A stretch of DNA of 64,000 nucleotides from Macrostomum hystrix (Eukaryota; Animalia; Platyhelminthes): NCBI GenBank assembly GCA_950097015.1, contig CATNEN010000003.1:4154001-4218000 (forward strand). Reading direction: 5' to 3'. The notes beneath the pieces were generated by a model. It was not told the DNA's origin. It did no database searches and worked only from the letters and a program-made list of their open reading frames with translations. This document shows, piece by piece, positions 46,801 to 58,800 of this stretch (position 1 is the first letter of the stretch; the number at the start of each line of letters is the position of its first letter). Both the position numbers and the translations under genes were made by a program.

Positions 46801-49800
46801 AATGTTCATTGTGCATTTAAACAAAGCGCTTTAATAGGAGGGTGAGTGACGGAGCGGGAAGTTATTGAGCTGAAAGAAGGTTTGTAGGATTTTTCTGTAA
46901 TTATCGTTCATGCGATGCACACTGCCTAATGATGAGAAAGTCGAGAAAGACTATTTTAAAAAGTCGAGCTTGTTAAAGTTCGCTAAATGTTTTTGCAGTC
47001 ACAAGTTTAGCGCCAAACCCGGTACCGATTGCAAGGATAGTAATTATAAGCATAAGTTAGCGAACCACCTCCTTTTTGCCAAACTACTCAAAAGTGCCTT
47101 CCAAATTCTGTAGAACCCCGCAAAGTCGGCAACCTATCCCCCAGTTAGCAAACTTTGTTAAATTTACCTTTTTGACAAAGTCGCCCCTCTAAGTTGTCGA
47201 TTTCCCCAAAGCAGGAGACGTTTTTAAAAAATACATATTTTACGATCTCAAATCAATGCCCATTCTCAATACAATAATCTTGATTGCATTCCTGAAGCCG
47301 CACCTACGGAGTTCAACGCCTCAGTGGACACGGAAGCGCACTCAGCGCCGCAGGAGTCGGCACAGTTCTCCGGCGCCGTGGAAGCCTCCACTGCAGAGAA
47401 TGTCGACGTTGATTTCGACATCAGCGGCAGCGGAGACATAGAAGAGCAGGCATTGGCCCATGAGCAAGTCTCGCTGACTGAGGCGGCACCCGAGGAGGCA
47501 GCTGCCGACTTCTCAGCTGAGCTGGAGCCGGAGCAGAGCACCGAGTCCGCCACTGCTCAGCTGAGTCAGGCTGTAGCCAAGCTAGCCCCAGTCATTCTGC
47601 AGGGCCTCAAGCCGCAGACAGTCATTGAGGGTGAAACTGTCGAGTTTCACGTTGACTTTGAGACCCATAAGGAGCGGGCAATGGTCACTTGGCTGAAAGA
47701 TGGCGTCAAGCTTGCACCCAATGCGCGCATCCGCATCGAGATCCGGCCGCGATCAACTAGCTTGAGCATTCTGAAGGCCACCAAAGAGGACATTGCCGAG
47801 TATTCCGTGTCGCTATCTCTGGAAGAAGACACCGAACCAGTCAACACATCGGCACAGCTTACTGTGCAAAAGAAAGGTGAAAATTTCTTCATGAATCATG
47901 ATCATCTACAAGTAATTAGTGCTGATCGATTATAACTAATTTCTAAACTGAAATCTACTTTGACAGACAAACCAGCGAAGTTCACTGATACGCTAGCCTC
48001 CAAGACGGTCCAGCTAAACGAGAAGGTGACACTGGAAGTCAAGTATGAAGGCTACCCACAGCCAGACATCGTTTGGACTTTCGACAGCAAAGTTGACTGC
48101 CAAACTGACGAAAGGTAATCAAGATTATATATTCTAGAGCAACAATAAATAAATCGATAAAAATATTTCTGATTGAAGCGGCTTATTTATCAACAGTCAC
48201 ATGTAGAAATCATTCTCCAATTCATCACAGATTCACAGTCAACGTACGCAACGATGAACAACACGAGGACGCCTACGTGACCTGCCTGAGCTTTGAGCAA
48301 GCTACCGAGGAGGTCACCGGAAATTTCAGCGCCACAGTCAGTAACAAAGCCGGAAAAGACTCGGTGAGCTGCAGTGTCAACCTGGACGAGCTTGCACCCA
48401 GCTTCACCAAGCCGCTGCAGAAGCCCACATCCGGGGCCAAGGTGGACGCTGATTTCACTCTATCGTGCGAATTCGATGGCCGTCCGACGCCCAGCATCAA
48501 CTGGTACGTCAGCGGCGAGATTGTGGAAACAAGCAGCACTAGATACCGAGTCAAAATTGAGGATTGTGTCACCACCCTGACGATACTGGGTGTAACAGAG
48601 AAGGACAATAATGCCCCAGTCACTTGCGTTGCTCGCAATCGGAAAGGAGAAGCGCAGACTGAAACCACGCTGCGGGTCGAAGGTAAGTTTATTGATTTAT
48701 TGTTACTTTAATCGCATTTATCACCATAAATTCCGCTGGCATACTCTGTGCATGGCATTGACCTGATTGACTTCCTTTTCATTGATTTGTGGTATTTTTG
48801 AGTCAGACTTTATGTACATCTAGTGTAGAATGAAAATATTGAATTTAGAAAAGTAGAATTGCTTTTTACAAAAGTATGATTTCGTATATGTCTGGACCAG
48901 ATTTGCAGCTTGATTTATTTAGGCCTGCATTGTTGTGAGTCCCATACGGCTGCAATAATCATTATTCTATGGCCTTATCATTGCTTCGCGAATTATAGCG
49001 TACCGCTCATCTTCAAGAATTGGCCATGGACAAAGTTTTAGTGTTAGGCATAAGCACAAGAGAGATTTGATTCCGGGACTCGTTTAGGCCATAGAATAAT
49101 GCCCGTAGAATACATATAATATGTAGTACGTCTTAGCTCAGGGTCTCGGAGTGCGATTTAAGTCGTATACCAAAAGGATCCTTTGCAAGCTTACGACTTC
49201 AAAACATGCCACTAATGTAGTATCTCAATATTTTCACGAATAAAATACATTCTAGACCGGACCCTGATTGTTGGCATGCTTCTCATCCTGTCCTTCGCAT
49301 GCCTGCTTGCCCTGTTGTCCGACTTGTTCTGCATGCGCATGTACCACTCTTGACTGGTGCCGCCGCCACAGCTTAGAAAAACTGACAAGCAAATTTTTTG
49401 TTTAATTTAAACTTTACTGCTTCACTGGCATTCCATGAAATAATCTATGAATTCAAAGCACAAATTAGTTTAATTACCACTATTAATCAATTAATTTATA
49501 GCCAATTAAAAACACGGGTTTCTATGAAATCGGCTTACTTTGCCTTTAAACCCATTTATTTTCTAGTCCTTACCTAAACTAAACAAGTACTTCTCACGAA
49601 AAAAAGTTTTTATTACACATCAATTTTATTCATTAACATATTTAAACAATATATTTTTTGCTTTTTAGTTATGTCTATTTTAATTCGTGAACAACATTTT
49701 CTATTAGTGTATAACAAAGTTACTGAAATTATTATGCCAATCGTGTAATTTTCAAACTTATGTTACAAAATAAATTCGAACTACTGAATTTGCGCGCGTA

Positions 49801-52800
49801 GTTTTGTTATACTTGCATTGCGAATATTTTCGAAAAAATGTACTCGTGATTCGTCGGAGCATCGAGGTGCACCTTGTAGTAGTTTTCAAATGACTTTATC
49901 CCCTTGCACTGCACTATTCTGCTTGCAAAAATTCTGCTTGTAAGATAGTTCATAACTTTGTGTCAAAGTATATTTGGCGTTGTTCATGTTGTATCGTAGA
50001 ATTCTCGTTGGAATGCACTCGTAGACAAATAAAAAGTACTATAACACAGCATAAATTTACTAAAGATTTCCTTGCACTTCTTCGACACCCTGAATCTATG
50101 TACCTAATTTCACAATCCTGCGAATTCGGTTTCTAAGAAATCTTTCTCAAATTAGAATTCAGAAATAGTTTCATTTGACCACGACCAGTAATTAGGAGAC
50201 AGTTCATGGTCCCAAAATGTTTAATGGAACGTTAGAGTTATCGACTCCTTGAAATGCTGATAATTTACTGAGTGTTCTATTTATTAATTTGCCTTGTATC
50301 GATATGTCATCGAGTCTGGAATGACCATATTTAGCAGTCGCGCTGTTCATTGTGATTTAAAGAATCTTGAAAATCTTAAAATTCGCTGCTTTTGCAGACG
50401 CGCCGCGATTCCGAAATAATGAAGCTAGATTTCCAATTGGTATAGTGACTGGCCTTTTTGATTTTAGAACATGTTGCAGAAAACTATGGGAATGGAAATA
50501 ATCACATTGTTTAGAAGGCTTACCAAAATCTATTGAGTATACGGCCTTTGGGGGAATTTCCAAAGCTCTGAGTTCCTTATATCAAAATCCCGGAGAAAAA
50601 AATAGCGAGAAATTTTGCGGGGCTTGTCCATTCTGCGGCGCGAGTACAAAAGTCAGCATTACAATTCGCAAAACTTTTCTTTTAGTTGCTAAGCGCGATA
50701 AAGCTCGCAAGCTTCTGACAGCAGAACCGGAGCAGCTGACGGTGATGCAGGAAGACTGTACCGACGAGATCGCGGCGGATGAGACGGCGTACGGCACTGC
50801 TCAACCAGCTGCAACTCCAGACAGCAATCTGCAGAAAGCCGAGGCTCAGGTGAACAGATTTGAGGCTAGCTTTCTTGAGCAGCCCAGGTGCGAGGAAACC
50901 ACGGAGATTGTGCCTCAATTAAAAGATGCAGCTCAAGTTACGCAGTGTGGCGAGACTGTTGAACGCCTAGCAGTTGAGGATCTGTCCGAGTCGACGTCAT
51001 TGGAAACTTTGAGCTCCCAGCAGGGTTCCGATGAGCAGGCGTTGCTGCAGTCTCAGACAAGTCGAGCCGAGCCCCAGTTGGCAATCTTAGAAGAACAAGA
51101 TGCATTGTCGACACAGTCTGCTCCTGAACAGCTTGACAGTGTCTCGAATGTCGTTGTCGAATCCGATGCGGAGGCTCAGGATACTTTGAAGCGTCAAGAT
51201 AGCCTTGAAGTGGCAGTCAGCGAGTTGTCTGCATCGAGTGAGGAGGACCTCTTCTTTGAGACAACAGCCGGGTTCACAAATTTCGAAGACGAACCTCGGC
51301 CGGAGAGTTTGGTGCAACTACCGGACAAAGAGTACGACTCTCTGGAAGTGCAGCTTGTCAAGGAGAGCGAGAAAGTAGCGAAGAAGACAACAGAACAGAC
51401 AATGCTTCGAGCAGAGGAACTCAATATTCAACTCTATATTGTGGGCGACATTGAATCATTCCAAGAATTCAAAGCTGCAATCAACGATTGCAAACAGATG
51501 TTGTTCCATTCTTTGTCCACAACTGTTATAAAACGTACCAGCGTTACTATAGAGAGGACTGACGAACTTATCACCTCTGAATTTATGCTTGAATCTGAAG
51601 AAACTGCTCAGTCTCTAGAAACTACCGCAGATTTTTGTGCAGCTAATCAGCAGCTGCAGCCGGTGGTCAACCAGCTGGAAGACCAGCCTAAACAATCGGA
51701 AAAGGAGATTCCAATTCGGAAAATTCCGTTGAAGGAAGAATTGCATGATCAGCTGCAGACATCTCTACAGGATAGTTCCACCACTCCAGCTATCCAGTTG
51801 GCATCGGTTTCTATGGAAACAAAGCAGGTAGTTCAAGCTGAATCTAAAAATATCCCGTCAGTGGTTCTTCCGATTTTTAGCGCCGAAGAAGAGCCAGGAC
51901 AAAGCTTCGCAGCTGAGCAGAATCCTGAACCTGAGCACCCAGTGTCGGATATCGCTTTCTCAGATGCCAATATCCAGCAGAGCCAATCGCAGCAGGATTC
52001 TCGAGTCATGACTGAGAGTACGCCACAGGAATCCGTACAGCAACTGTCTCATCCGACAGAGGAGGTCGCGCCACTAAAACGCAAGGGTACACTTGATAAA
52101 GCCAAAGACTTCGAGAAGCAGCAAGTCTTCACTGCGGCCGCCAGTCAAGTAGGTCACGAGGAACTGTCATCCGAGGATCTGAAGGAGCCAGATTACGACT
52201 CGGCAGTTCAGACAGTCTCAGATGCTGTTCAGAAGCCGATAGCAGATCACAAGATTGCAACTCATTTATCTGTACAGGATATGTCTGGCAGTGCTCCCGA
52301 AAATGTCTCCAACATTCTAGACCAGGCAGATGTCACAATGGTCAAGGTAGAAGCTCCGAGTCCACTTCTAGAGAGCCAAGCACAAGCTACTCAACCTGAA
52401 TATCACGCCTCGTTGCTTGAGCGCTCGCCAGACGCGGCAAGGCAACAAACTGAATTGCTAAAAGAAACTGAAGAAGAAATCTGTAAAGCTGTGAGCGCTC
52501 CCGATAAGCAGAATCTGGCAAGTAAAGCAGAGAAGACAAACTCGCTCGCTGTTGTATTCGAATCTGATATTATCGAACAAACATCATATTCTAAAGCTCC
52601 ACGAGAAGTTAAAATACCAAAAACTGATGAATTGTACACGGAAAGTGAGTCACAAATGGTAACAGCTATGGAAGAAGTTCAACCGAAAATCGAGAAAGGC
52701 GATGAGGTTGAAGCGTTTCTAGAACAAGTCAATGAGCCGAACACAACGCTCTCAAAAACTGTTGAGGAAGAAGCTGCTAAGCCTTTGAAGCCATCGGAGA

Positions 52801-55800
52801 AGCCAGCCGCTGAGCAAGAAGCTGCGAAGCCTTTGAAGCCATCGGAGAAGCCAGCCGCTGAGCAAGAAGCTGCGAAGCCTTTGAAGCCATCGGAGAAGTC
52901 AGCCGCTGAGCAAGAAGCTGCGAAGCCTTTGAAGCCATCGGAGAAGCCAGCCGCTGAGCAAGAAGCTGCGAAGCCTTTGAAGCCATCGGAGAAGCCAGCC
53001 GCTGAGCAAGAAGCTGCGAAGCCTTTGAAGCTATCGGAGAAGCCAGCCGCTGAGCAAGAAGCTGCGAAGCCTTTGAAGCCATCGGAGAAGCCAGCCGCTG
53101 AGCAAGAAGCTGCGAAGCCTTTGAAGCCATCGGAGAAGCCAGCCGCTGAGCAAGAAGCTGCGAAGCCTTTGAAGCCATCGGAGAAGCCAGCCGCTGAGCA
53201 AGAAGCTGCGAAGCCTTTGAAGCCATCGGAGAAGCCAGCCGCTGAGCAAGAAGCTGCGAAGCCTTTGAAGCCATCGGAGAAGCCAGCCGCTGAGCAAGAA
53301 GCTGCGAAGCCTTTGAAGCCATCGGAGAAGCCAGCCGCTGAGCAAGAAGCTGCGAAGCCTTTGAAGCCATCGGAGAAGCCAGCCGCTGAGCAAGAAGCTG
53401 CGAAGCCTTTGAAGCCATCGGAGAAGCCAGCCGCTGAGCAAGAAGCTGCGAAGTCTTTGAAGCCATCGGAGAAGCCAGCCGCTGAGCAAGAAGCTGCGAA
53501 GCCTTTGAAGCCATCGGAGAAGTCAGCCGCTGAGCAAGAAGCTGCGAAGCCTTTGAAGCCATCGGAGAAGCCAGCCGCTGAGCAAGAAGCTGCGAAGCCT
53601 TTGAAGCCATCGGAGAAGCCAGCCGCTGAGCAAGAAGCTGCGAAGCCTTTGAAGCCATCGGAGAAACCAGCCGCTGAGCAAGAAGCTGCGAAGTCTTTGA
53701 AGCCATCGGAGAAGCCAGCCGCTGAGCAAGAAGCTGCGAAGCCTTTGAAGCCATCGGAGAAGCCAGCCGCTGAGCAAGAAGCTGCGAAGCCTTTGAAGCC
53801 ATCGGAGAAGCCAGCCGCTGAGCAAGAAGCTGCGAAGCCTTTGAAGCCATCGGAGAAGCTTATATACACAGATGAAGTTTCTGGAACTAATATTGAATCT
53901 GTGAAAGAACTCACAGCCGAGCAGTATCTGACGCCTGAGGCTCAAGCAATGGATTCAGTAGATGTCAGTGAGAAGTCCAATTTAAAGCCGACATCGGTAC
54001 CAACTCGTACTGAAGCGATCTCCGAAGAACTCTTAACACCTGAGAGTCATCTTGCAGCAGAGCAGGAAATTCGAGTTACATGTACGGAGGTCGCACGATT
54101 GCCGGTTGCTTCCAAGACTAATGCTGAATTGGCTCCAGCCACAACTGCGCACAGAGCTACGACTGAGCAGGCTGAGGAGCTAGAATGTCTAGAAGATCAA
54201 ATGACTTTACTATCTCTGACTGAGGAAGAAAAATCCAGTCCATTGCTGGCAGCTAAGTTAGAGGTACCACACGCACAAAATGAAAGCCAAGAGATGACTA
54301 TGCCGCTAGATATCAAAGATGCACACACATTTGAGAAGCAAGAAGCTGTTTCTGCTGGTTCAACAACAAGTCAAGCTTCAAAAACAGGTTTCGAGTTTGA
54401 ATCTGAGACAGATTTTACAAGCATGGCAAACGAAGAAATTGATCTCTCAGGTGAGAAAATAAAAGTGTATTTTTTGATTAATTTTCAGTCAAAGTATTAG
54501 GCTATTCCTGATAGTTTTATACTTTAAATATATTTTAGACACCGTTGTCCTTCTAGAAGATTTGAAGAATCAGGCAGTTAAGGTCACTAAACAAGCAACA
54601 TTTTCTGCTCGAACGAGTGGTCCAGTAAAATTTCATCACTGGCTTAAAGACGATCAACAAGTCCAATCAGACAACGAAAAGTACATCGTTTCAGCCGATG
54701 ACAATGTACTTTCTTTGACCATTTCGGATGTACAGCCAGAAGATGCAGCAGAATACGCGCTCGTGTTAAATGACTCATCAATAGTGTCTGCCTCTCTGGA
54801 AGTTCAAGGTAAAGAAAGGGAACTACAAAGCACAATCTACGTGAAAGTATGAGCGAATACGTACAAATTTAATATTCTGTTCTCACTAAGTCTAGTCTTT
54901 TTTACTTCGTGAGAAGGGCTTATTTTTTATTACAAATTTTTGTTTTAATTTTTATTCCTCTTATAACCAATCATAACCTGTACCGGATTGATCCAAAAAA
55001 CTAACCCTATTACTAAAAGTTTATGCGTCTCAATAACTTTAAAAAACTTTCAAGCTTTTTCTAGTGCTAACGCACTCACATTGTTGCACACTTCGATTCA
55101 TAAATGGCAACCTGTTGTTTTCAGTTGCGCCTGAGCTAATGCTGCCTGAGAATTTTCAACAAGACATCACGCTGCGGGCCCAGACATCGCACGTTATTGA
55201 AATTCCATTCAAAGCGATGCCAAAGCCAGTTGTCAAGTGGACGTGGAAGAATGGTGACCTACCGGACAAGAAGCGCTTCACTGTTGACCTAATTCATGGC
55301 ATGAGTTCTCTAAGCATGTCGAGAATTCTGAAGTCCGAAGAGGGTCCCTTTGAAGTGACAATCGAAAATCCAATCGGAAAAGTGACTTTCACGATTAACG
55401 TCCATGTCATTGACAAACCCGGCCCACCTGTAAATCCCAGGGTGGGTGAGAACAGTGGAGATGAAATTATTCTCGTGTGGGATAAGCCGCTTGACAATGG
55501 CGGATGCGAGCCGCTCACTTACTCTGTAGAGAAAAAGGACACTACAAAGATGGCATTCATGGAAATTGGAAAGCCTGAGCAGCCGACAGAGAAGCAAGTC
55601 ACTGGACTCACCGTTGGAAAATCGTACGTCTTCAGAATCGCGGCAATAAACGAAGTCGGTCAGTCGGACTTTGTCCAGTGCGGACCGTTCCAGGCGACGC
55701 CTCCGGCTGGAATTCCGGCGACTTTGGATGCACCGGTGGCTACTGTCACTGGGCAGACTACTGTCAGTGTTACTTGGAACGAGCCAAAAGACGCTAAGCA

Positions 55801-58800
55801 TCCAGTAACGAACTATTTCCTAGAGATGAAGCCGGAAGCTTCCAATGACTGGCAGACTGTTAATGCTGACTTTGTTATTGCAAAGCCATCTTATGAGGTC
55901 AGCAATGTCAAGCAGGATGTACCAATTCATTTCCGAGTTGCGACACAAAATAAAGCAGGGAAGAGTGAGCCCTCACCGCCGAGCAACCCAGTTGTTTGTG
56001 GAACTCCTCTGGAGTTCATCAAGCCGCTTCAGAATGTCGTCGTTCGCGAGATGCCTGAAAAGTTTGAGCTGCAGGCTCAAACTAACAAAGATGGAAAGGA
56101 AGTCACCTGGTCAAAGAACGGCAAGCCATTCTTGCCTGGAAAGAAGGACACTGTTACGACTTCAGGATCAATCTACACTCTGACATTCAACGAGGTGCGA
56201 GAAGAAGTCGAAGCCACCTACACACTGATGGTCGACAACAAGATGACTGAGTGCAAGGTGACGTTCGAGATCAAGCCAGAGCTGAGATTGTCTGACAGCT
56301 TCGTCGAGCGCCTGACTCTGAAGGCCGGAGCATCGTCAGTCGTGGAGATTCCGTTCGTCGCACTGCCGAAGCCGACGGTGACATGGAAGTGGAATGGAAA
56401 GTCGCTGCCGGATTCGAAGCGATTCAAAGTTGATGTCATTCACGGAATGACGTCGCTAACGATGGCAAAGGTTCAGAAGCCAGATGAGGGACCGTTTCAG
56501 TTAGAGATTGAGAATCCATTCGGCAAGACGTCAGTGACGGTGCACCTGGTCGTTCTCGATAAGCCCGGACCTCCTGAGAACCTGAAAATCACGGATGATT
56601 TAGGTGATGTAGTCACACTAGCCTGGAATGAACCGAAGGACAAAGGAGGTTACGAAACTGTGAGTTACACGGTCGAGAAGCGTGAGGCGACAAAGAAAGC
56701 ATTCTCCGAGGTCAGCTCTGTTGAAGAGCTTAAGTGCCCGGTCTCGGGCTTGACTGTTGGTAAGAAGTACGTCATGCATGCCTGCACTGTAAACGAGATG
56801 GGAAAATCTGAGTTTGTCGAAATTACTCACGACGCTAAATTCAAGTTCAAGTTTCCTTCACCATTGGAGGCGCCGGTCGCGAAAGTCACGGGACCAGCCG
56901 ATGTACTTGTTACTTGGAATCCTCCAAAGGACGATGGGGGCAATCCTGTAACGAATTACTTCCTAGAGATGAAGCCAGAGCAGAGCACACAGTGGGTCGC
57001 TGTAAATGCTGACTTCGTCATTCCTAAAGAGAGCCACACAGTGTCGAGTGTGCCACAAGACACAGAGATCGTCTTCAGAGTAAGCGCCGAGAACAAAGCA
57101 GGCAAGAGTGAGCCCTCTCCGCCGAGCAACCCAGTTGTTTGTGGAACTCCTCTGGAGTTCATCAAGCCGCTTCAGAATGTCGTCGTTCGCGAGATGCCTG
57201 AAAAGTTTGAGCTGCAGGCTCAAACTAACAAAGATGGAAAGGAAGTCACCTGGTCAAAGAACGGCAAGCCATTCTTGCCTGGAAAGAAGGACACTGTTAC
57301 GACTTCAGGATCAATCTACACTCTGACATTCAACGAGGTGCGAGAAGAAGTCGAAGCCACCTACACACTGAAGGTCGACAACAAGATGACTGAGTGCAAA
57401 GTGACGTTCGAGATCAAGCCAGAGCTGAGATTGTCTGACAGCTTCGTCGAGCGCCTGACTCTGAAGGCCGGAGCATCGTCAGTCGTGGAGATTCCGTTCG
57501 TCGCACTGCCGAAGCCGACGGTGACATGGAAGTGGAATGGAAAGTCGCTGCCGGATTCGAAGCGATTCAAAGTTGATGTCATTCACGGAATGACGTCGCT
57601 AACGATGGCAAAGGTTCAGAAGCCAGATGAGGGACCGTTTCAGTTAGAGATTGAGAATCCATTCGGCAAGACGTCAGTGACGGTGCACCTGGTCGTTTTG
57701 GAAAAGCCGAGTCCTCCTCAGAACTTTCAGGTGACAAAGAATGTTGGTGACTCTGTCGTCTTAACATGGGAGCCACCGAAATCCAATGGTGGTTTTGAGA
57801 AACTTTCCTATGTAATAGAGCGCAGAGAAGTGAGTAAAATGTCTTCGATTCCCGTGACTGAAACAGAGGATCTGACAGCTGAAGCTTCCGGCTTGACTCT
57901 TGGTAAGAAGTACGTCTATCGCGCTGCTGCAGCCAACGAAGTTGGTCAGTCGGATTTCGTAGAAACTGCTGCCATCGAAGCCGCGTTTACATTTTCAAAG
58001 CCCACGGGAATGGAGCCACCAGTTGCAGCCGTTTCAGATTCAACGACGGTTTCTGTGACCTGGAAGCCTCCTAAATCTGACGGCGGTAACCCAGTTAGCA
58101 ACTATTTCTTGGAAACGAAACCAGTCGATAGTCATCAGTGGGTCGCTGTAAATGCTGATTTTACTATTTCAAATCTCTCACACGATTTCAAGCCTAAAAA
58201 CCTAGACGAGGAAATACACTTCCGTGTCAGTGCGGACAACAAAGCAGGACGTTCTGAGCCATCCGGCCCCAGCAATGCTGTGAGTCTCGGCACGCCACTA
58301 GAGTTCGTGGTCCCCTTGTCAGATACTACAGTAACGGATTCGGTGGAATCTGTGTCTCTAAAAGCTGTAACAAACAAGCCTGGAGACAAATTCACCTGGT
58401 TCAAGGACGGTAAGGCTTTGCAACCATCGAAAACACAGAAGCAGAATGTCGTCGGCTGTGACTACATGTTGACTTTGACCGACTTGACAGACGACTGCGC
58501 TGGCGAGTACAAGTTGCAAGTGAACAATAAAACAACTAGCTGTAGACTGGCTCTCAAGGTGAAACCAACCCTCAAGCTGGATGCCAACTTCGGTGACACA
58601 ATTATTTTGAAGAGCGGAGCGTCAACCGTAATCGAGATTCCATTTACCGCGTTTCCGAAACCTAGCGTCAACTGGACATGGAAGGGCGCATCCCTGCCAG
58701 ATCCGAAGCGATTCAAAACTGATGTTATCCACGGAATGACCTCAATTACCATGGCTAAAGTAAAGCAGGAAGACGCTGGTCCCTTCCAGGTAGCGATCAG

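Noticed and set aside
52679-53945. - strand ORFs (411, 357, 152, 140 aa)
   Set aside because: Antisense shadows of the 48-bp coding repeat.
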